Below, one piece after another: positions 8,769-16,246 of a DNA stretch of 57,555 bases. Source of the DNA: a virus (taxonomy: Duplodnaviria; Caudoviricetes); IMG/VR virus record IMGVR_UViG_3300044251_000011, positions 1 to 57,555 of that record; one strand, given 5' to 3'. The number at the start of each line of letters is the position of its first letter. Position 1 is the first letter of the stretch. Made by a program: the position numbers and the translations under genes. The notes under the pieces are model-generated. The model searched no databases and had not been told where the DNA came from. It saw nothing but the letters and a program-made list of their open reading frames with translations.

Positions 8769-8797
8769 ACATTACAGGCTTGACTGTGAAGTGTCAA
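8769..8797 (-). promoter_or_regulatory. Promoter/operator TTGACACTTCACAGTCAAGCCTGTAATGT
   Basis: Upstream of ATG 8725. Confidence 0.85.
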
Positions 8798-8833
8798 CGT
8801 CCTGTGGTCTACCTCACAGTGGTGCCTGTGAGG

Positions 8834-8862
8834 TTGACACTGCACTGTCACGCCTGTAAAGT
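8834..8862 (+). promoter_or_regulatory. Divergent promoter/operator TTGACA-N17-TAAAGT
   Basis: TTGACACTGCACTGTCACGCCTGTAAAGT. Confidence 0.8.
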
Positions 8863-8915
8863 CATGTGTATCAGGCGGGGCGCACGGTCCCGGGGAGCAG
8901 GAAGGCACAACGGAG

Positions 8916-9125
8916 ATGACGAACCAGAAGCGCGCGAACGGCAAGCTGATCCGGAAGATCGCCAAGCTGGACCGGGCCTGGAGGCTCGCGGGCAAGGCCG
9001 AGGGCCGGACCGCAAATGACCTGGGGATGTACCTGGGCCGCGCCTACCGGGCCGGGATGGGCACCACGGCGCGCCGGGCTCAGAGCCGGAGCGCGGCCCG
9101 CCTGGGCCAAGTCAGCGGCTGGTGA
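8916..9125 (+). CDS. Small basic hypothetical protein
   Basis: Promoter upstream and hairpin downstream. Confidence 0.65.
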   Translation: MTNQKRANGKLIRKIAKLDRAWRLAGKAEGRTANDLGMYLGRAYRAGMGTTARRAQSRSAARLGQVSGW

Positions 9126-9127
9126 CG

Positions 9128-9173
9128 CGACGAGGCCCCGGCCCAGATCTCTCCTGGTGCCGGGGCCTCGTCG
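9128..9173. terminator. Hairpin between convergent genes
   Basis: CGACGAGGCCCCGGC / GCCGGGGCCTCGTCG 15-bp stem. Confidence 0.7.
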
Positions 9174-9199
9174 GTCCCCCCTCGGGATGGTGCTCGGGC

Positions 9200-9472
9200 T
9201 CAGCCCGCCACGGACGCCAGATCGGTCCGTGCACCCTGGCCGGGACGGCCTTCCCTCCAGGCGTCCAGCGCGGCGCGCGTGAACACCGGGAGGTTGTACT
9301 GGCCGTCCGCCTCGCGCTCGGGCTCGGCCTCGGGGCCGATGCCGCGCGCCACGTAGCTGGAGAGCGTGTTCCGCTTCAGGCCCAGATACTCGGCGGCCGG
9401 GCCGTAGCCCACGAACCGGTCCTGGCCCTCGGTCTCCTGGCTGTCCACGTTCTCACCTTCTCTCGTCGTCAT
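9200..9472 (-). CDS. AlpA/MerR-like helix-turn-helix DNA-binding protein
   Basis: AAEYLGLKRNTLSSYVARG..P.P, LDAW..RPGQGARTDL; leaderless promoter TTGTCA-N18-TATAGT-N6-ATG (9479-9508). Confidence 0.8.
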   Translation of the reverse strand: MTTREGENVDSQETEGQDRFVGYGPAAEYLGLKRNTLSSYVARGIGPEAEPEREADGQYNLPVFTRAALDAWREGRPGQGARTDLASVAG

Positions 9473-9533
9473 GGTCTGACTATACAGGCACGCCTTCCAG
9501 GCTGACAAGCGGGGAGATTTCTGGCCGCTGGCG

Positions 9534-9562
9534 TTGACACTTCACAGTCAAGCCTGTAAAGT
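9534..9562 (+). promoter_or_regulatory. Promoter/operator TTGACACTTCACAGTCAAGCCTGTAAAGT
   Basis: Family consensus. Confidence 0.85.
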
Positions 9563-9613
9563 AGTTCTCAGCACCGGGGAACACGCCTCGGGCTGAGGCC
9601 CCGGGAGGCCATC

Positions 9614-10087
9614 ATGTTCCAGACCACCGCCACCATCACCGGTTCGACCCTCGTCGTTGTCGAGCGCAACGAGGCGGGCCTGACCACCGCGCTGGTCCTG
9701 GAGGTGGCCCGGCCGGAGAACTTCCGGGCGGCCGAGATCGAGCTGGCGATGGTCGGCCTGGCCGTGGCCTCGGCCTGGGAGCTGGACGGGGACAACATCT
9801 CCGCGCCGGTGCGCAAGCTGGACAACGAGTTCAACGGCGTCCGGGCAGCGAAAATCTGGGCGGCCGTGGGCACCACCCACGAGGAGTTCGAGCTGGCTCC
9901 GGCCTCGACCGTGGAGAACGGCGACATCATCACGGACTCCGAGTTCTCGGACGCCTACGTGGTCGGCGGCTCCTCCACCGAGTGCGGCGTGACCAAGCTG
10001 CACCAGGTGGCCGAGGGCAAGGGCTGGGATGACCGGTACACCGGCGAGTTCTCGGGCCTGGTCCAGGTGGCGCGCCGCAAGGCGTAG
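9614..10087 (+). CDS. Hypothetical protein
   Basis: GGGAGG RBS, promoter upstream, terminator downstream. Confidence 0.75.
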   Translation: MFQTTATITGSTLVVVERNEAGLTTALVLEVARPENFRAAEIELAMVGLAVASAWELDGDNISAPVRKLDNEFNGVRAAKIWAAVGTTHEEFELAPASTVENGDIITDSEFSDAYVVGGSSTECGVTKLHQVAEGKGWDDRYTGEFSGLVQVARRKA

Positions 10088-10097
10088 CCCGTACGGG

Positions 10098-10140
10098 CGC
10101 GGCCCCCTCCCCTTCCGGGGCGGGGGCCGCTTCTGTTTGT
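10098..10140 (+). terminator. Intrinsic terminator
   Basis: GCGGCCCCC..GGGGGCCGC stem plus TTCTGTTTGT. Confidence 0.75.
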
Positions 10141-10143
10141 GGC

Positions 10144-10172
10144 TTGACACTTCACAGTCAAGGCTGTAACGT
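10144..10172 (+). promoter_or_regulatory. Promoter/operator TTGACA-N17-TAACGT facing antisense into the late operon
   Basis: TTGACACTTCACAGTCAAGGCTGTAACGT; no credible plus-strand gene follows. Confidence 0.7.
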
Positions 10173-10195
10173 AGTGGGCGGTGGAGAAGGTGCCG

Positions 10196-10462
10196 CTACT
10201 GGGGAGGCGGACAGTCCCGGTTCTGGCGGTAGTGGATCAGGGCCTCGCGGACCGCGCGGCTCCGGTCGCCGGACGGACCGGCCACCGGCTCGGGGCCGCC
10301 GAGGAACACCGAGGTCATGGCGCACATGTCCCGGTCCTGTTGCTTCTGGTTGCGCCAGACCCAGGCGGACAACAGCCCGGAGATCAGGAGCACGGCCAGG
10401 CCCCAGGAGAGCAGGATTTGCCAGACCGGCCGGGACATCGGCTGGGCGAGTGTGCGCCTCAT
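10196..10462 (-). CDS. Small membrane protein
   Basis: One TM segment, coupled to upstream gene. Confidence 0.65.
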   Translation of the reverse strand: MRRTLAQPMSRPVWQILLSWGLAVLLISGLLSAWVWRNQKQQDRDMCAMTSVFLGGPEPVAGPSGDRSRAVREALIHYRQNRDCPPPQ

Positions 10463-10731
10463 GCTGGGTCAGCTCCAGGGTCCGGCGCTGGCGACGTAGG
10501 CGACGAGGAGCCCGACAGCGCCGGTGGCCCCGATGGCCCCGACGAGAGACTGCCCGCGATATCTGGTCGTGAGAGCCAGAGCCGCAGAAAGCCCGGTCCG
10601 AGCATGGTCGCGCTGGAGATCATCATCAGCGGCCACGGCCCCGCCGTGAACACGATGTAGCTCCCCCACGCTCCTCCGAGCGCCAGGAAGAAGATATCCC
10701 GCTGGAGCGGGGGCAGTGCTCGCCTGGTCAC
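10459..10731 (-). CDS. Small two-TM membrane protein
   Basis: Two hydrophobic segments; GGAGG RBS; overlapping stop/start. Confidence 0.65.
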   Translation of the reverse strand: MTRRALPPLQRDIFFLALGGAWGSYIVFTAGPWPLMMISSATMLGPGFLRLWLSRPDIAGSLSSGPSGPPALSGSSSPTSPAPDPGADPA

Positions 10732-11471
10732 GCACCATTCCTACCTTCCTCCTCACGGAGTCGTCTCGCGGAGCGTACCCGGGACGGTCCCGACCGAAGC
10801 GGTCTACGCCGTGCCAGCATTGGATCAGTAAGGGCCTGGCCGGTCCAATTGATCTCCAGCGCCGAGCCCTCGTGGTGCCGCCGGGCCACCCGCTCCCGGG
10901 CCTTGTGCTTGGTCAGCGAGGGGATCGGGAGGTGGTCCACCAGGGACGGCCACGTGTACCAGACATCGTGGCCGCGCCGCTCGGCCCAGCCCGCCACCCG
11001 CATATCGTCCGGCACCCCGGCGCGCGTCTCGGCGTACTGGATCATGTCCCCGATCAGCTTGACGGGGAGCGCGATACAGACGCCCCACATCAGTTTCTGG
11101 CTCCGGACCCAGGTGGCCCCCGCCGTGTCGGCGGCGCGCGCCATCGCCTCCCAGCGGATCGGCACGTTGCGGCCGGTGCCCAGGTACGGCGAGACCACGG
11201 CGTCCGGCGGGACGAACGTCAGAGCGCGCTCCAGCCCGGCCAGGAGATCGGCGCACGGAACCGCGTCGTCCTGGATCAGGACGTGCCAGTCCGCGTCCGG
11301 GTCGGCCAGCTCCCAGGCCCGGCGCGCGGTCCGCCAGACTCGATCGCCGCTCCCCGAGGGCGGACCCTCGTCGTCCCAGCCGATCGCCACCGGCCGGTCC
11401 AGGGCGGCCATCAGCTCGCGCACCCGGTCCGCCCGGTCCGGGTGCGCCATGATGCTGGCGGAGAGTTTCAC
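10728..11471 (-). CDS. Glycosyltransferase (GT-A fold)
   Basis: IMAHPDR, WHVLIQDDA, DDMR, WPSLVDH. Confidence 0.7.
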   Translation of the reverse strand: MKLSASIMAHPDRADRVRELMAALDRPVAIGWDDEGPPSGSGDRVWRTARRAWELADPDADWHVLIQDDAVPCADLLAGLERALTFVPPDAVVSPYLGTGRNVPIRWEAMARAADTAGATWVRSQKLMWGVCIALPVKLIGDMIQYAETRAGVPDDMRVAGWAERRGHDVWYTWPSLVDHLPIPSLTKHKARERVARRHHEGSALEINWTGQALTDPMLARRRPLRSGPSRVRSARRLREEEGRNGA

Positions 11472-13300
11472 CGGCCGTCCGCGAGGGCCTGGAGGATCAG
11501 GTCCCGCTTGTCCTTGCGGACGCCCAGCACGATCCCCCGGTGCTTGGCGAGCGCCTTCAGCGTCGGGATCGACAGCTCGGAGATCGGCTGGCCCACGGTG
11601 GCCTCGACCACCAGGGCATCGTTCAGCCCGACCCGGGTCAGGTCCCCGTGGTGCCCGTTGCTTGACGTGTCACTGTCAAGCGCGGCGGCCGACTCTCGGA
11701 GAGCGGCCACGCCCTCGGGGTCCACGCGCTCCCACTCGGCCTCCAGCGTCGCCTTGTCCTCCGGCACCTCGGGACCGGCGGCCACCTGGCCGCCCACGGC
11801 CGGGTACGGGGAGGGGTGGACGCCCTCGCTCGTGATGGCGGTCGCCGTGCCGGTCGGCTTCAGCTTGGGCTCCTCGGTCGTCACCAGCCGGGTGACGGCC
11901 AGCCGGTCCGCGTGGATCTCGAACTCCTCCAGGAACCCCTCGGCCACCAGCTCCTCCAGCGCCTCGCGGACGCCGGGCCAGTCCGGGTGGTCCAGGTCGT
12001 CCACGGCGATGGTCGCGCCGGGGGCCAGGTGCGGAGCCCAGACCTCGATGTCCTGGCGCGCGCCCTCCTTGCTGTGGTCGCCGTCCACGAACAGGAGCCC
12101 GACCTGGCGGCCGGACCAGTCGGCGGCCACCTCGTGCGAGAAGGCGTGAACCAGGTCGATCTTGTCCTTGTACCCGAACGAGTCCACCCAGTAGGCGGCC
12201 CAGGTGCGCGAGTCGGCCTCGGTGAACGGCGGGCCGTACGTGTTGCCCGGGGCGTCCCACGCGTCGATGGCGGTCACGTGCGCGCTGTTGCCCAGCCCCG
12301 CACCCCAGGCGAGTTGCAGCGCGGTCCGGCCCTGGAACACGCCGATCTCCACGATCTCCTGGTCCGCCGGGACCTGGATCGCCAGATCGGCCAGGGTCAC
12401 CATCACATCGTCCGGCGTGGCCGCCCGGACGTTCTTGAACTGGATCGGCGGCCGGGGGCTCCGCTTCTCGGCCAGGCGGCGCGAGGTCGGGCCGGAGCGC
12501 TCCACGCGGCGCGGCGCGGAGCCAGCCACGCGCGGCCGGGCGGCCGGGCTCGGGGTGCTCGTCGGTTCGGTCACTTCAGGCCGTCCTCTCCGTAGGTGGC
12601 GGATCTCCGCCACGTCGGTCCGGAACACGTCGCCGTGTCGCCAGCTCTCGTACGCGCGCCGGTCCCGCTTGAACTGGTCCCGGTGGTTCACCCGCTGGTA
12701 CTGGGCGTCGGTCTCAGCCTTGCCCACGATCGGGTGCATGTGCTCCACCCGCACCTCGGGGAGGAAGCGGAGAGCACCGGCCGCGCCGAACATCTCCATG
12801 ATCGAGTTGTCGCAGTACATGTGCTCCACGTCGGCTGGGACCATCCGGCCCAGCGCGGCCACCACGTCCGAGGTCACGGCCCACTCGGTGCTGAGGTTCT
12901 TCCCCTGGTACCCGTCGTCGCTGTAGACCATCCCGCTCCCCAGCTCGCGGAGGACGGTCAGGTACCGCTCGGCCCAGCCGATCGTCCGGGGGAGGTGGTC
13001 GTCACCAGCGAACCCGAGGGCGAACCAGCCAGCGGCCAGCGCGGCGGCGGCCTCGTTCAGCTTGTGGACCATCGGGACGTGGTGGTCCACCTCGTACGTC
13101 TTGATCAGCGCGTCGCCGGTGTCCGGGTGCCGGGTCTCCTCGACCAGGGCCAGGTACCCGGGGTACTCCGGGTCGTCCTTGTCGATGACCAGCACCATGT
13201 CCGCGCGGTCCCAGGCGTTCGTGAAGTCCCAGGCGCTGATCACCTTGCGCACGTTGCCGGGGCGGCCCCGGGTCGGGATCAGGACAGCGAGATCACGCAT
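11468..13300 (-). CDS. GT2-like glycosyltransferase fused to class I SAM methyltransferase, with C-terminal Rho_N/HeH-like helix pair
   Basis: VLIPTRGRP, GDDHLPRT, HMYCDN, VEHMHP; VEIGVFQGRT, LLFVDGDHS, LAPGATIAVDD; SELSIPTLKALAK..GI. Confidence 0.8.
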   Translation of the reverse strand: MRDLAVLIPTRGRPGNVRKVISAWDFTNAWDRADMVLVIDKDDPEYPGYLALVEETRHPDTGDALIKTYEVDHHVPMVHKLNEAAAALAAGWFALGFAGDDHLPRTIGWAERYLTVLRELGSGMVYSDDGYQGKNLSTEWAVTSDVVAALGRMVPADVEHMYCDNSIMEMFGAAGALRFLPEVRVEHMHPIVGKAETDAQYQRVNHRDQFKRDRRAYESWRHGDVFRTDVAEIRHLRRGRPEVTEPTSTPSPAARPRVAGSAPRRVERSGPTSRRLAEKRSPRPPIQFKNVRAATPDDVMVTLADLAIQVPADQEIVEIGVFQGRTALQLAWGAGLGNSAHVTAIDAWDAPGNTYGPPFTEADSRTWAAYWVDSFGYKDKIDLVHAFSHEVAADWSGRQVGLLFVDGDHSKEGARQDIEVWAPHLAPGATIAVDDLDHPDWPGVREALEELVAEGFLEEFEIHADRLAVTRLVTTEEPKLKPTGTATAITSEGVHPSPYPAVGGQVAAGPEVPEDKATLEAEWERVDPEGVAALRESAAALDSDTSSNGHHGDLTRVGLNDALVVEATVGQPISELSIPTLKALAKHRGIVLGVRKDKRDLILQALADGR

Positions 13301-13949
13301 GGGCGCTCCAGGTGAAGTGAGGGCTGGCGAGCGCGGAGCGCTGGCCCGGGGTGATGGCGCGCGGCTTCTGCCAGCGCGTGCCGGTGCTGGTGAACAGGTA
13401 GTGGTACAGGATGTGCGGGATCACCACCTGGGTCTTGAGCACCTGGGCGCGGCGTAGCTGGGCGGCCCAGTTGCGGTCCTCGGCTCCGCCGGAGCGCGTG
13501 CGCGCGAAGTCGGCGCGGAGCGCGAGCTGGCGGCGGATCGGGTTGATGTGCGAGATGTCCCGCTCGTACCGGCCGGTGAGGTTGCGCCATTGGGTGAACT
13601 CCAGCGAGTGGTACGCCACGGCCACCGGCGCGCCGTCCGAGTAGCACTGGACCTGAAACCCCACGTAGTCCGGCTCGGTCTCCAGGGCGGCCACGATGCG
13701 ATCCACGTAGTCCGGGCTCACCAGGTCGTCATCGTCCACGAACGAGACGTAATCCGAGGCGGCCGTCTCCACCATCGTCTGGCGGATCTTGGGGAGGGGT
13801 GGACGCCCGTCATTGTGCCAGCCGACCACGCGCACGCGGCCTGCGTACGGGTCGAGCTGGGGCAGGAGCCCGGCCATCAGCCGCTCGAACAGCGGACGGC
13901 GCTCGCCCAGGGTCGGGACGAGGATCGTCCAAGAAGGCGCGGCTGTCAT
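13293..13949 (-). CDS. GT2-like glycosyltransferase
   Basis: TILVPTL, YVSFVDDDD, AEDRNW, LYHY. Confidence 0.82.
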   Translation of the reverse strand: MTAAPSWTILVPTLGERRPLFERLMAGLLPQLDPYAGRVRVVGWHNDGRPPLPKIRQTMVETAASDYVSFVDDDDLVSPDYVDRIVAALETEPDYVGFQVQCYSDGAPVAVAYHSLEFTQWRNLTGRYERDISHINPIRRQLALRADFARTRSGGAEDRNWAAQLRRAQVLKTQVVIPHILYHYLFTSTGTRWQKPRAITPGQRSALASPHFTWSAHA

Positions 13950-13978
13950 GTCCCCAGCGTACCGGATGAGGGGGCATC
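13950..13978 (-). promoter_or_regulatory. Putative late leaderless promoter GATGCCCCCT-N7-TACGCT-N6-ATG
   Basis: Same motif precedes TAC, DUF1360/portal and terminase genes. Confidence 0.65.
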
Positions 13979-13997
13979 CCGGCGGGGCGGTCCATGA

Positions 13998-14131
13998 GGG
14001 GACTGGTTACACGACAGAAGCTGTCCGCCCGAGGAATCCACTCACGTGTGTGTACGCATGTGGGGGTAATGCGTTAACAAACATGAGGGATTCCTCGGTT
14101 GGGGTATTGCGACCGTGTACCCGCTCCCCCC
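13998..14131. repeat. Long imperfect palindrome, copy 1 (candidate origin or structured RNA)
   Basis: Nested stems CCGAGGAATCC/GGATTCCTCGG and ACGCAT/ATGCGT; 41-nt core shared with 41246-41284. Confidence 0.8.
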
Positions 14132-14133
14132 GA

Positions 14134-14448
14134 TCAGCCCTCGGAAACCTGAAGATCGTTCGGGTCCGGGTCTTCCTCGGGCGGGTCGGGAAGCGGCTCC
14201 GGGTCGGTCGGGCTGACCATGTAGAGGAGCGTGTCGTATCGGTTCCCCGTGACGTTGGACCCGGCCAGCTTGCCGGGCCAGTCCTGGAGATAGTCGATCA
14301 GCTCCTGGAGCGTGGCGTCCAGTTGCTGGGGCGTGGCCGTGCCAGAGCCGTCTCCCTGGATCTGGACGGAGATGGACATCCCCACGGCCGAGACGTTGAC
14401 CTGGCGCGGCCACGCCTCGATGGGCTGGGGGTTCGGTTCGAGCGGCAT
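14134..14448 (-). CDS. Hypothetical protein (end of tail operon)
   Basis: GAGGAGG RBS before MPLEPNP; operator at 14463-14480. Confidence 0.65.
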   Translation of the reverse strand: MPLEPNPQPIEAWPRQVNVSAVGMSISVQIQGDGSGTATPQQLDATLQELIDYLQDWPGKLAGSNVTGNRYDTLLYMVSPTDPEPLPDPPEEDPDPNDLQVSEG

Positions 14449-14495
14449 GAATCCTCCTCGTGTTGACACTCCACAGTCATGATGACGGGTGCCAG

Positions 14496-15176
14496 CTACA
14501 GGGGATAGACCGCGATCTGTCGCCGGTTGAAGCTGGCCGCGTTGCTCGCGTTGCTGGTGGCGAAAGTCAGACACGCGTTGTAGCTCGCGCCCGGGGTGAG
14601 GCCGCTCAGTAGGCCGCTGATGTTGAGCGAGCCCTGGCCCCCCGCTGTGGACGAGAGGTGCACGGCCGCCGTGTTGTTGTTGGCCGTCCGGAACAGCGTG
14701 CCCGAGCCGATGGTGGAGCCGTTGCGGACCTCCCAGTCCAGTTGCGCATAGAACCCCACGGTGGCGTTGCCACCAGCCGAGCGACCGATCACCTGGATCT
14801 TGCCGGACGGCGGCGCGATGAACGCCACGCCGTGGATACCGGTGGTCGTCAAGCTGTTGACGTAGGCCGTGCTCGTCGTGGTCCCGTTCGTGACCGAGCC
14901 GGTGGCCTCCACCGGCTGAGCACTGGCCGCGTTAGAGCCGCCCAGGATCAACAGAGAGCCGCGATAGCTGAGCACCTGGACCACGGAACCCACGGCGAAC
15001 ACAGCGCCGCCCAGGGCGTTGACACCGGGCACGTCCACCCCGGAGAGGTTCAGCGTCACCGTGCCGTCCGTGCCGATGGCGGTCACCGTGCCCACGCGGA
15101 GCTGGAGACCGGGGTCTCCCCCGACCTGGCTCTCCGGGTTGAGCTTGTTCCGCAACTTGGTGTAGTCGATCATCAC
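14496..15176 (-). CDS. Minor tail protein
   Basis: OB-like N-terminus (LRVGTVTAI..GSVVQVL..LLILG), beta-rich C-terminus, tail operon. Confidence 0.7.
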   Translation of the reverse strand: MMIDYTKLRNKLNPESQVGGDPGLQLRVGTVTAIGTDGTVTLNLSGVDVPGVNALGGAVFAVGSVVQVLSYRGSLLILGGSNAASAQPVEATGSVTNGTTTSTAYVNSLTTTGIHGVAFIAPPSGKIQVIGRSAGGNATVGFYAQLDWEVRNGSTIGSGTLFRTANNNTAAVHLSSTAGGQGSLNISGLLSGLTPGASYNACLTFATSNASNAASFNRRQIAVYPL

Positions 15177-16246
15177 AGCTCCCGGACCTGGAGGGTCGTG
15201 TCACCGGCGAGGTCCAGCGTCACGGCATCGACCACCAGCGTGGCACCTCCCACGGCCACCACGTCCCCGGCCGTGATCGTCGGGTCATACGGGCGGACCA
15301 GGGTGTACGTCGCACCAGCACCGACGTTCTTAGCCAGGATGGTGTTCGCGGCGGACTGAGCCTGGCCCACGGTCAGCAACAGCGGGGAGGAGTAGAACTC
15401 GGTCACCCGGCCGTACGGCGAGGTGCCGGGGCCGGTGCCCGCGTAGGTCGGGCTTGACGGGTCACTGTCAATCGCCACGGCCTGGACCGGCGTCACGCCC
15501 TCCTGGCTCTCGCCGCGCGCCACGATCACGTTCGGGGGCCGCGTGTCGTAGTCGGCGGAGAGCGAGGTCAGGAGGTCCAGCGAGTAGGCGCTGGCCGGGT
15601 CCGGCGTGATCGAGCCGACCTGGATGTCCCCGGTCCGGTCGTACCAGGCGACGCGCGAGAACCCGTTCAGCACGTCCAGGAGTTCCGACCACGGGGCCGT
15701 CCCGGTGTCCAGCCCGAAGATCCGGGCCGCGCCCAGCGAGGAGCCCACGAGCGGGACGGCCGGGTTGATGCCGGTCCGGTTCGTGATCACCGTGTTGATC
15801 ATGTTGCCGAGGTCGGTCCCGCTCGGGACGGTCAAGGGCGTCTCGAACCGGTACCGCTCCACGTTGTCCGAGATGTCGATCAGGCCGACCTCCACGGTCC
15901 GCTGATCGGCCTCGATCCGGGTCCGGCTGGACGCGATCTCGTACGTCCCGTATGGCACCGTTGACACTGAACCGTCAAGGAGTTCTAGGCCCAGCTCCAC
16001 CACCAGCCGGGTACCGAACGGGGTCAGGATGTCGCCCGGTCGCGTGGGGAGGAGGGCATCGCCAGCGAACGCCAGGCGGCCGTCCCACCGGCCGTTCCGG
16101 CGCGCGTCCTGGGTGAAGGAGCCGGACACCGGCTCCAGCTCCACGGTCTGGCCGCCGCGCGAGAAGGTGAACCGCGAGAAGCGCCGATACCCCGTGGGGG
16201 TAGCGAGGGCGGCCTGGTGCCTGGCCGAGGCAAACCGGGTGCTCAC
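15173..16246 (-). CDS. Minor tail / baseplate hub-like protein
   Basis: LTPFGTRL, PNVIVARGE, SPYGRVTEFYSSPLL, DPTITAGDVV. Confidence 0.75.
   Translation of the reverse strand: MSTRFASARHQAALATPTGYRRFSRFTFSRGGQTVELEPVSGSFTQDARRNGRWDGRLAFAGDALLPTRPGDILTPFGTRLVVELGLELLDGSVSTVPYGTYEIASSRTRIEADQRTVEVGLIDISDNVERYRFETPLTVPSGTDLGNMINTVITNRTGINPAVPLVGSSLGAARIFGLDTGTAPWSELLDVLNGFSRVAWYDRTGDIQVGSITPDPASAYSLDLLTSLSADYDTRPPNVIVARGESQEGVTPVQAVAIDSDPSSPTYAGTGPGTSPYGRVTEFYSSPLLLTVGQAQSAANTILAKNVGAGATYTLVRPYDPTITAGDVVAVGGATLVVDAVTLDLAGDTTLQVREL

Noticed and set aside
8726-8995. N-terminal extension of the 709-aa ORF 6866..8995
   Set aside because: It runs through two divergent promoters and overlaps the plus-strand gene at 8916; the RBS-supported start is 8725.
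7635-10172. CRISPR array or mini-array made of the TTGACACTTCACAGTCAA repeats
   Set aside because: Copies are hundreds of bp apart, in both orientations, separated by genes and shaped as promoters; no cas genes.
10728-13949. DNA hypermodification or Z-base pathway
   Set aside because: No purZ, thymidylate synthase/hydroxymethylase or queuosine-pathway genes recognised; late-operon position favours protein glycosylation.
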